From: an uncultured Planctomycetia bacterium
Lineage (GTDB): Bacteria > Omnitrophota > Gorgyraeia > Duberdicusellales > 4484-171
Assembly: GCA_964489445.1 (NCBI GenBank)
Contig: CAZAYU010000002.1
Span: 269,020 to 333,019, forward strand
Direction: 5' to 3'
Length of the DNA stretch: 64,000 nt
The position numbers and the translations under genes are program-made. Below are positions 37,185 through 45,297 of the stretch, in pieces. Under the pieces are notes generated by a model. That model saw only the letters and a program-made list of their open reading frames with translations, did no database searches and was not told where the DNA came from. The stretch's first letter is position 1. Each line of letters opens with the position of its first letter.

Positions 37185-37991
37185 ATGAAAGAAATTGTAG
37201 ATACGGCGATAGAGGCTGCAAAAGAAGCAGGGGCCTTTTTATGGGATAACTTTGGAAAAATTACGCGGATCGAAAAGAAAGGTGATCGCAATTTTGCTAC
37301 TAACCTAGATAAAGAAGCAGAAGAATTAATCATTGACAGGGTGAAGGCAAAATTTTCTAATCACGGAATTATTGCTGAAGAAAGTGGCTTTGATAATGCT
37401 GAACGTGATTTTCTCTGGATTATTGATCCTCTTGATGGCACACATAATTTTATGCGTAACATTGATATATTTGGGGTATCAATAGGGGTGTTGTATAAAC
37501 AGGAGTTTGTGGCTGGAGTTATTTATATGCCTAAAGATGACGAATTGTATGTGGGGGAGAAAAAAAATGGTGCATATAAAAATGGAGAAAATATTAAAGT
37601 ATCTTCTTTATCTGACTTAAATGATTGTTCAATATCTTTTGATTCTAGTATTCGCCATAATTCAAAAATTATGCTGGAAGTTTTAGATGAACTGGCTAAA
37701 AAAGTATTTAATGTTCGCATGCTTGGCTCTTCAGTGCGTCAACTTTCCTATATTGCAGAAGGAAAGCTTGATTTTGGCGTAGAATTTCATGATCGTCCTT
37801 GGGATTTCGCCGGTGGAGTATCAATTATTGAAGAAGCCGGGGGCCGGCTAAGCAGTCTTAGCGGTGACCTGCTTTCTTACAAAACTGTCGGGTATATTGC
37901 TTCTAATCCAAATGTCTACCAACAAGTACAGGAGATATTACATCGACATTTAGAAAGTGCACGAATAGACAAGAAAAATAAAGAAGAATGA
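37185..37991 (+). CDS. suhB: Inositol monophosphatase family protein (SuhB-like)
   Basis: AEES, WIIDPLDGTHNF, RMLGS, PWDFAGG..I.EEAGG. Confidence 0.88.
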   Translation: MKEIVDTAIEAAKEAGAFLWDNFGKITRIEKKGDRNFATNLDKEAEELIIDRVKAKFSNHGIIAEESGFDNAERDFLWIIDPLDGTHNFMRNIDIFGVSIGVLYKQEFVAGVIYMPKDDELYVGEKKNGAYKNGENIKVSSLSDLNDCSISFDSSIRHNSKIMLEVLDELAKKVFNVRMLGSSVRQLSYIAEGKLDFGVEFHDRPWDFAGGVSIIEEAGGRLSSLSGDLLSYKTVGYIASNPNVYQQVQEILHRHLESARIDKKNKEE

Positions 37992-38107
37992 AGCCGACCG
38001 GATAGAAGACTTTATTAATTTGGACTCTTAGTTAAAAATAATTTTAAAAGTGTTGTGTATCCTTAAAATTGCAAAGCGTGATGTTTTTTAGTTGTTTACA
38101 AAAGAGC

Positions 38108-38135
38108 TTTACAGCGCTGAGAAAATACGTATAAT
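38108..38135 (+). promoter_or_regulatory. Promoter for the tRNA-Pro/Arg cluster
   Basis: TTTACA, 16-bp spacer, TATAAT; degenerate second copy at 38184-38209. Confidence 0.6.
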
Positions 38136-38231
38136 AAGTTAAATAAATCTGGGGTTTTAAACTAATTTACTTTGAATATTTACTTATAGTGCTGAGAAAA
38201 TAATAAGTAGCTTTGCAGATAGTATTTTTTT

Positions 38232-38310
38232 CGGGAGGTAGCGTAGCCTGGTTCAACGCACTTGCTTTGGGAGCAAGGGATCGTGAGTTCGAATCTCACC
38301 CTCCCGACCA
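38232..38310 (+). tRNA. tRNA-Pro(TGG)
   Basis: CGGGAGG...CTTGC-TT-TGG-GA-GCAAG, GTTCGAATC, ACCA end. Confidence 0.96.
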
Positions 38311-38332
38311 TATAAGTTAAATCAAAATTTTT

Positions 38333-38406
38333 GTGCCCGTAGCTCAATCGGATAGAGCACCTGCCTTCTAAGTAGGGGGTTGCAGGTTCGATTCCTGCCG
38401 GGCACG
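38333..38406 (+). tRNA. tRNA-Arg(TCT), CCA not encoded
   Basis: GTGCCCG...CCTGC-CT-TCT-AA-GTAGG, GGTTCGATTCC, ends CGGGCAC-G. Confidence 0.95.
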
Positions 38407-38522
38407 TAGTTTTTTTTAAAATAACATACTTTATTGATAATTATTTGGTAGTAAACCGAGTATATTAAAAAAGATTAAGTAGCTATAAGATATCCAAAGC
38501 AGTATTTAACGAGGGAGAAACA

Positions 38523-39764
38523 ATGAAGAAAATTTCGATTTTTGTTGCTATCGTATTGGTAATATTGATTTTAATTTATGGGGCTATCTTTGTATTTGCT
38601 AATGCCCAGGGAAAAGATTTACTTATTTCTGCCATCCGGGACAATTTTGGTATCCAGGCAAACATAAAAGAATTTTCTTTTCGGTTTCCGTTTAGTGTAA
38701 GAGTTAAGGAATTTGAATGTGAAGATTTATCCCTTAAGACAGCCAGCGTGTCTTTAGGGTTCTACAATCCATTTACTTATCATTTAAGCCTAAGGGCGGT
38801 TCGCCTAGAAGGTCTTCGCTTGAAGATAGTCAAAGACGAAAAAGGAGTTTGCTTATCTCCTTTTACTGCAGATACGAATCTTAAAAGCAGAACAATTGCT
38901 ACCTCGAACTTTGATAGCGATGGTTCTAATCACGGCCAGAAAGCTCGTTTAGCTAACGATTCTTCAGTTGCAGATAATACAAAGAGTATTTCTGTAACAA
39001 TAAATGATTTTTACCTCCAGGATTCTTCAATTGAAGTTACCAACAAAGACAGGCGTTTTATGCAAATTATTCTAGGAGATATTTCTTTACACGTTAGAGG
39101 TTTTACCTATCCTAGATTTTCTAAATTTAAGCTTAAAGGTAGTACATCTGTATTCTCGACTTTTGATTCAGAAAAAGTAGCCGGAAGAGTTCGCTTAGAC
39201 GGATGGGTAAATTATCAGAAAAAAAACATGGATTTAAATTTAAAAATTGATAACTTTGATTACTCTATGTTCAATAGCTATTATCCGCTTAGTTGCCGGG
39301 TGGATAATATTGGAATAAGAGAGGCGTCATTTTCTTTAAGCTCTAATTTAGTTTCAGAAGATAATGATCTTACCATTGATTCTACTTTATCTTTGGATAA
39401 GATAGAGTATATGCGTAAAGAAGAAGCAGGGGACAGCGCTTACTCTAAAGCAGGAACTATTAGAACGGTAGTTGCGTGTTTTAGAAATAATCAGGGGAAA
39501 ACAGCAATTAATTTCCAGATAAAAACAAAAATGGATTCACCTAATCTTGATTTTTCTTCGCTTAAAAACAAAATTAGCGGAGCCTTTAATATAAATCCGT
39601 TTACTATACTTAAAACACTAACTGGTGGCACTAAAGATGGGGTTGTTAAGGGTGCGGGAAAAATGGAGGATTTAACGATAGGCACAATGATTGATACGTT
39701 TAAGAATATAGGGGATAATTTTACTGACATATTTAAAAATAAAGAAAAATCTTCTTCAGAATAA
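38523..39764 (+). CDS. AsmA/DUF748-like membrane-anchored periplasmic beta-rich protein
   Basis: N-terminal TM, repeated amphipathic beta strands, low-complexity linker; family call by pattern only. Confidence 0.6.
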   Translation: MKKISIFVAIVLVILILIYGAIFVFANAQGKDLLISAIRDNFGIQANIKEFSFRFPFSVRVKEFECEDLSLKTASVSLGFYNPFTYHLSLRAVRLEGLRLKIVKDEKGVCLSPFTADTNLKSRTIATSNFDSDGSNHGQKARLANDSSVADNTKSISVTINDFYLQDSSIEVTNKDRRFMQIILGDISLHVRGFTYPRFSKFKLKGSTSVFSTFDSEKVAGRVRLDGWVNYQKKNMDLNLKIDNFDYSMFNSYYPLSCRVDNIGIREASFSLSSNLVSEDNDLTIDSTLSLDKIEYMRKEEAGDSAYSKAGTIRTVVACFRNNQGKTAINFQIKTKMDSPNLDFSSLKNKISGAFNINPFTILKTLTGGTKDGVVKGAGKMEDLTIGTMIDTFKNIGDNFTDIFKNKEKSSSE

Positions 39765-39892
39765 AGCAGCAGCGTTTTAAATAACATGAAGAAAAATTAC
39801 GATTTAAGAATATGATTGTTCTAATTGGTTTATTCTAGCAAAGTTATTCCATCGCTGGTAAAAAAAATAAGTAATAAATTTGTATAATTTTT

Positions 39893-39970
39893 GGTGGGTG
39901 TAGCTCAGTTTGGTAGAGTGCTTGACTGTGGCTCAAGTTGTCGCGAGTTCAAATCTCGTCACCCACCCCA
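39893..39970 (+). tRNA. tRNA-His(GTG)
   Basis: G-1 GTGGGTG...CTTGA-CT-GTG-GC-TCAAG, GTTCAAATC, CCCA end. Confidence 0.96.
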
Positions 39971-40593
39971 GAATTTAGGAAGTAAATTTGGCAATAAGAG
40001 GATGGAGCACGGAAATGGCAGAGCGACGCAAACGGCTTGTTAAAAAACCGGATGAGATATTGGAAAATGTTTTTGTAGGTCATAGCGAAGCACTACTTAG
40101 CGGTAGTGAGAACGGAAAGCGATATTTACTGAATTTTCTTGAAAAGTTTAACTCGATCCCTAATGCGGTGAAGTTTTTTATCTATGACCTTTTGGCAGAA
40201 GACGCCTATCAAGTTGACGATTTTCTTTTATGTCGACAAGCGGTAGAGCGTGCCGGCGAATATCTAGAGGAGGCGCAGGCGAAAAATAGTTCTCAATTAG
40301 CCAAATACCTGCCGGCGCTGCGCTTTGTTGAAAGGGGGATATCGATCATGGTAGACGCAGGTGAATTTGAAACGGCTATTTCCTTTTGTGATCTAGCCAT
40401 TGTAATCGGTTTGGACAAATCGTACGCTGCCAAAAAAGCTTCTATAGAAAAAATGCTGTAAAAGGGCAACAGACACCTTTTTACGTCTTACTTTCAAGCC
40501 GGCTTTTCTTTTTTTCAGGAAGTGGTATAATTGTGAAAAAGGAGGGGCTTAAGTAAGGAAACAGGTCGAACCTGCTTCATCCAGCCACCCCAG
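39963..40593. mobile_element. Possible degenerate mini-island at the tRNA-His 3' end
   Basis: CCACCCCAG at 39963-39971 repeated at 40585-40593; no integrase present. Confidence 0.35.
40015..40461 (+). CDS. Hypothetical alpha-helical (TPR-like) protein, 148 aa
   Basis: GGAG RBS before ATG 40015; visibly more G/C-ending codons than neighbours; hairpin after the stop. Confidence 0.7.
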   Translation: MAERRKRLVKKPDEILENVFVGHSEALLSGSENGKRYLLNFLEKFNSIPNAVKFFIYDLLAEDAYQVDDFLLCRQAVERAGEYLEEAQAKNSSQLAKYLPALRFVERGISIMVDAGEFETAISFCDLAIVIGLDKSYAAKKASIEKML

Positions 40594-40607
40594 TTTTGAC
40601 GCTTGGT

Positions 40608-40640
40608 GAACAGTTCTCTTTCGAGCTGTTCGTTTTTTTT
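40608..40640 (+). terminator. Intrinsic terminator
   Basis: GAACAGTTC-tctttc-GAGCTGTTC stem-loop followed by G and T8. Confidence 0.8.
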
Positions 40641-41003
40641 CTGGGGAACGATATTTTTGGACAATGTGCAGGAGAGAGAGCAATGGTACGCAAATAAACA
40701 ATGTACTTCGCAGGATTTGTCCACTTTTCCATACTGGGCAAGCGGTTGCTCTTTATCTCCTAAATAATTACGCTACTCTTAGCTAAAAAATACCGGACAA
40801 AATAGGACACGTCTATGTGGTAATTATCTTTCAGTAATGGAATTTTCTTGCTAATAGCGTATAATTCTAATATAATAAGGTCCTGTAAATAAAGAGAGGT
40901 TTTCCTAGTTGTAGCAAGTAAGGAAACCCAAAATAATTCGCATAAACTTATTTTGTACCTTTTCACCAAATTAGCTGTAACTGTATGATCGCAGGTAATA
41001 AGT

Positions 41004-42092
41004 ATGTCTAAACTAAAGCCATTAATGATCGGAGATTTAAGAGTAGAAGTGCCAATCATCCAAGGTGGCATGGGGGTTAAGGTATCCATGGCACCTTTAG
41101 TTGCCGCAGTTGCTAATTGTGGTGGAGCTGGAACAATTGCTAGTGTTGGACTTGCTTATGGTATTCCTGAGAATGAATCCGACTATCTGCATGCCTCAAG
41201 AGAGGCTCTTCGAAATGAAATTTCAAAGGCGAGAGAATTATCTTCCGGTATTATTGGGGTGAATATAATGGTAGCTCTCACTAATTATCAAGAACTGGTA
41301 CAAGTTGCTATGGAAGAAAAAGCAGATTTTATAATTTCGGGAGCAGGCTTACCGATAAAATTGCCGAAATTTACTGAAAAATCTCCCATAAAACTAATTC
41401 CCATTGTTTCTTCAGCTAAGGCTGCCAAGATTATTATAAAAGCATGGAGCAACCGTTATCAGCGGTTTCCTGATGCAATTATTGTTGAAGGCCCTCAAGC
41501 TGGAGGCCACTTAGGATTTAAATTTGAGGATTTAAATGAAAATTCAGGCAATAGCCTAGAAAATATAGTAAGTGATGTCTTGAAAATAGTTGGCGAATAT
41601 GAAAAGGATTCAAATATATCTATACCGGTTATTGCCGCTGGAGGCATATTTGATGGTAAAGATATAGCTAAATTTATTAAATTGGGTGCAAAAGGTGTAC
41701 AAATGGGGACCCGGTTTGTTGCTACCGATGAGTGTTCCGTGGCTGATGAATTCAAACAGTTGTATCTTAAAGCTCAAGCTGACGATGTGGTTGTTATAAA
41801 AAGTCCTGTTGGTTTACCGGGAAGAGCAATAAGAACTGCCTTCATTGAGAGAATAATGCGGGGAGAAAAAGATTATTTTAACTGTGTTTATAAATGTCTT
41901 ATAACTTGCGATCCTGCTACAGCACCTTATTGCATAGCGAAAGCTTTGTGTAACGCTTCAATCGGTGACTTGGATAATGCTGTTGTATTTGCCGGAAGTA
42001 ATGTCACAAAAGTAAAAAAGATCTTACCAGTAAAGCAACTAATCGATGAGCTTTTTGATGAGGCAGCTAAAGAGATGGGTACAAGCTACTAG
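41004..42092 (+). CDS. Nitronate monooxygenase / FabK-like FMN oxidoreductase
   Basis: PIIQGGMGV, ISGAGLP, VEGPQAGGH, AAGGI, VQMGTRF, C-terminal Cys cluster. Confidence 0.9.
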   Translation: MSKLKPLMIGDLRVEVPIIQGGMGVKVSMAPLVAAVANCGGAGTIASVGLAYGIPENESDYLHASREALRNEISKARELSSGIIGVNIMVALTNYQELVQVAMEEKADFIISGAGLPIKLPKFTEKSPIKLIPIVSSAKAAKIIIKAWSNRYQRFPDAIIVEGPQAGGHLGFKFEDLNENSGNSLENIVSDVLKIVGEYEKDSNISIPVIAAGGIFDGKDIAKFIKLGAKGVQMGTRFVATDECSVADEFKQLYLKAQADDVVVIKSPVGLPGRAIRTAFIERIMRGEKDYFNCVYKCLITCDPATAPYCIAKALCNASIGDLDNAVVFAGSNVTKVKKILPVKQLIDELFDEAAKEMGTSY

Positions 42093-42278
42093 CCGAAACT
42101 TGCCTGGACTTTTTTTAATAACTTTTTTAACAGATGTTCATAACAAACAAGGTTCAATAATTGGTTTGTTGTTAGCAAAGTAGTTCTAGTTTTGTTTAAT
42201 AGATGACCCCATTCTTTTTATCAAAGGATAAAAAGAATGCCTTAAGCAAAGGACTTTAATTGAGTTGCTATTTTGATT

Positions 42279-42447
42279 ATGCCTTAGTATGTGTATATAA
42301 TTCTGGCGATGGCTGTCGTTATACAGTTATCGTTACCCTGTAAAATTAATCCACTCAGAAGAAAAGCCAACTAAATTTGCAGCTTTAAAAAGAGAGAGTT
42401 GTATAAAAAAACTTACTCGCAAAAACAAGTTGAAGATAGTCGGATAA
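42279..42447 (+). pseudogene. GIY-YIG nuclease (YazA/UPF0213-like) pseudogene
   Basis: MP*YVYII, internal deletion, NSGDGCRYT, 1-nt frameshift, YRYPVKLIHSEEKPTKFAALKRESCIKKLTRKNKLKIVG*. Confidence 0.8.
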
Positions 42448-42613
42448 TCTTTTTTTAACTTATGATATTTTACTTATTTTATTGAGATTGTTTCTGCTAG
42501 AATAAGCTATAATCTAGAGGTGGGGAAATAAAGTTTGTTCTGTTGACTATTTTATGCTTTGTTTTGTTACTTACTTTTATTGCAATTTCATCAATTGGCG
42601 CTAAAATCAGCTA

Positions 42614-43882
42614 ATGACAATTAAAAATAGAGTATACGATGTGGCGATAATTGGAGCAGGTGCGGCTGGATGTATGGCAGCGATTAGAGCTGGTCAATCT
42701 AAGCAAATGGTAATTTTAATTGAACGTAATAAGATTATTGGCCGCAAGATTCTCATTACTAGCAATGGTCGCTGCAATCTAACTAATACAGCACTCCTAG
42801 AGGTTTTCTTAAAAAAATTTAGTCCGAATCCGGAATTCTACCGAACTGCTTTTTTTAAATTTTTTAGCAATGATCTAAAAGAATTTTTTAAGGCCAAAGG
42901 CTTAAGGTTAAAAGTAGAAAATCGGGGGAGAATTTTACCGATAACTAATAAAGCAAAATCAGTGAATGTAGTTTTAGAAAATTATTTAAAGGAAAATAAT
43001 GTAACAATGGTTTTTAGTAAACGTGTCGTAAGTGTTGCCAGTCATAGTGATTATTTTTCGCTAAGTTGCAAGAATAATTATTATTTTAAGGCCAAGAAGG
43101 TTATTATCGCAACAGGTGGAGTAACTTACCAAGCTACTGGCTCAACTGGTGATGGATTTGTTATGGCAAGACAATTGGGTCACAAAATAACTAATCTTAG
43201 TCCGGGCCTTGTGCCGTTAGTAGTGGAAGAAAGCTTTATCAAGGAATTACAAGGGCTTTCCTTTGATAATGTGCAGATAACTGTTAAGTGTGATAATAGA
43301 AAAACGGTTTCTTCAGTTGGTGAAATGATATTTACCCACTTTGGTTTGTCTGGGCCATTGGTTTTAGATGCTAGTGGTGATATTTTGCCAATGCTTATCA
43401 AATTTAAGAAAGTAAAAATTACACTTGATTTTTGTCCTGATTATAAAAAGGAAGAATTAGAAAGTGCTTTTATAAAAAAGATGAATACTTGTGGCAAAGC
43501 CAAGATTAAAAGCCTTTTAGGAAATTTATTACCTAAAAGAATGGTGGAAGTCTTTTTATCCTTATTAATGGTACAGACTGGAAAAACAATAAGTCAAACA
43601 TCTAAACAGGAGCGCTTAGATATAATAACTAATCTTAAAAATTTTCCTTTGACAATTATTGGTAGTTTGTCTTTTGATGAAGCAATGGTAACCTGTGGTG
43701 GTGTGTCTATAAAAGAAATAAATCCCCGAACTATGGAATCAAATATTTTACCTGGTGTTTATTTTGCCGGCGAAATAATAGAATCTACCGGAAAAAGTGG
43801 AGGGTATAATCTTCAGCAGGCTTTTTCTACAGGGTATTTAGCGGGAAGTATTCATTGCAAGGATAAAACGAGGGGTTCTTAA
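42614..43882 (+). CDS. HI0933/YhiN/BaiN-family flavoprotein
   Basis: GAGAAG, GRKIL..NGRCNLTN, ATGG, FTHFGLSGP, TCGGV, GGYNLQ.AFSTG. Confidence 0.92.
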   Translation: MTIKNRVYDVAIIGAGAAGCMAAIRAGQSKQMVILIERNKIIGRKILITSNGRCNLTNTALLEVFLKKFSPNPEFYRTAFFKFFSNDLKEFFKAKGLRLKVENRGRILPITNKAKSVNVVLENYLKENNVTMVFSKRVVSVASHSDYFSLSCKNNYYFKAKKVIIATGGVTYQATGSTGDGFVMARQLGHKITNLSPGLVPLVVEESFIKELQGLSFDNVQITVKCDNRKTVSSVGEMIFTHFGLSGPLVLDASGDILPMLIKFKKVKITLDFCPDYKKEELESAFIKKMNTCGKAKIKSLLGNLLPKRMVEVFLSLLMVQTGKTISQTSKQERLDIITNLKNFPLTIIGSLSFDEAMVTCGGVSIKEINPRTMESNILPGVYFAGEIIESTGKSGGYNLQQAFSTGYLAGSIHCKDKTRGS

Positions 43883-44220
43883 TTCCATTTGAATCTTCAA
43901 GCGTACTTAGTAGTTAGTCAATAAGGAAAGTATATCCATTTTATTATTAGCGTGCATGCTTTTTGAATGTTAAGAAAGAGCATTTTAAGTGTGAGATGGT
44001 AATTGTCAAAAGAGGCTAAGCATAACAGAGAGGAGAAGTTTTTGAGGGAGCGGTCTTGCAATAGCTGTGATTTTTCTTGTTTCCTCTTATATTATAGCTT
44101 ATAATACAGGCCTACTAAGTAAAAATTTGATGTAGTATATAGATAAAATAATAGGGTTTTCGAAGTATAAATTCTAGCAATGGTTATTTTCGTTAATGTG
44201 GAGTAAATACTCTCAAAATA

Positions 44221-44787
44221 ATGCAAAAGCTTAGAGAGCAAGTCAATAATTGTAATAAATGTTTATTAGGGAGCATGCGCATTAATCCTGTTTTTGGAGA
44301 AGGTAACTCTTCGGCGAAGGTTATGTTTGTTGGGGAGGCACCGGGGGCCAATGAAGATGCAACCGGAAAACCGTTTTGTGGTAAAGCTGGAAAAGTGTTG
44401 GATGAACTATTGCTAATTGCTGGTTTAACTAGAGAGAAAATTTTTATTTGTAATGTTTTAAAATGTCGTCCTCCAAAAAATCGTAATCCGCAAAATTTAG
44501 AAATAGAGGCTTGCACGCCTTATTTAAATTGTCAGATTAATTTTATAAAACCGGCAATTATTTGTTGCTTAGGCAATTTTGCTACCGCATACATTATGAA
44601 TAAATTCAACATTAAATCTAAGATTCAGGGGATCAGTAAAATTCATGGAACGATATTTATTGCTGAAGCTTTTTACGGAAAAATCAAAATTATTCCGTTG
44701 TTTCATCCTGCTGTACTTACCTATGATTCGCGTAAGAAACCAATATTGGATCTTGACTTTCAACAATTAAAATATGTACCAAGGTAG
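44221..44787 (+). CDS. Family 4 uracil-DNA glycosylase
   Basis: CNKC, VGEAPG..ED..G.PF.G.AG, NVLKCRPP.NR.P, FHPA. Confidence 0.93.
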   Translation: MQKLREQVNNCNKCLLGSMRINPVFGEGNSSAKVMFVGEAPGANEDATGKPFCGKAGKVLDELLLIAGLTREKIFICNVLKCRPPKNRNPQNLEIEACTPYLNCQINFIKPAIICCLGNFATAYIMNKFNIKSKIQGISKIHGTIFIAEAFYGKIKIIPLFHPAVLTYDSRKKPILDLDFQQLKYVPR

Positions 44788-44913
44788 CAAAAGCTGTTGC
44801 ATAATGGAATGTTTACGTTTTTTGCCTTATTAGAATAAGTATTTCTATAAAATTAAAATTGACCTTTTTTGAATGTTAAGGTATTATTTTGCAAAGGCAG
44901 GAGTATAGTTTTT

Positions 44914-45297
44914 ATGTTTGTAAGGCGTTTAGAAGATTGCCAACAGTTTATTGCCGGGGATTGCTCTTTGTTGCGGGAATTCTTTCATCCGGATAAAGAA
45001 CAACTAAATATCGGGTATAGCTTGGCGCACGCAGAAGTATTGCCGGGTGAAACAACCTGTTGTCATCGGATTAAACAATCATCAGAAGTGTATTATATTA
45101 TTGATGGAGAAGGATTAATGCATATTAACAATCAACAATTTTCAGTTGAAAAAGGCTGTGCTATTTATATTCCAGAAGGAGCGAATCAATATATTAAGAA
45201 TGTTGGCAAGAATATTTTGAAATTTTTATGTATTGTTAGCCCGCCTTGGCAGGCAGACAATGAAGAAGTAGAAAAGAAGGAAAAGGGTAGCAGTTAA
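44914..45297 (+). CDS. Cupin-domain protein
   Basis: YSLAHA.V.PG, H......EVYYII.G.G, FLCIVSPPW; AGGAG RBS. Confidence 0.88.
   Translation: MFVRRLEDCQQFIAGDCSLLREFFHPDKEQLNIGYSLAHAEVLPGETTCCHRIKQSSEVYYIIDGEGLMHINNQQFSVEKGCAIYIPEGANQYIKNVGKNILKFLCIVSPPWQADNEEVEKKEKGSS

Noticed and set aside
36594-38231. tmRNA near smpB
   Set aside because: No tmRNA 5'/3' ends or adequately sized gap found.
40515-40760. SRP RNA, tmRNA or a protein-coding gene in the structured region
   Set aside because: Lacks the SRP helix-8 motif and the tmRNA acceptor end; the ORFs have no recognisable features.
43930-44135. Possible decayed small membrane protein gene (MerT-like Cys pair followed by a hydrophobic helix)
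   Set aside because: Needs several frameshifts and stop read-throughs; not supportable without BLASTX.
43960-44880. 15-bp direct repeat TTTTTGAATGTTAAG flanking the UDG gene
   Set aside because: Low-complexity AT-rich match that is plausible by chance; no other sign of mobility.
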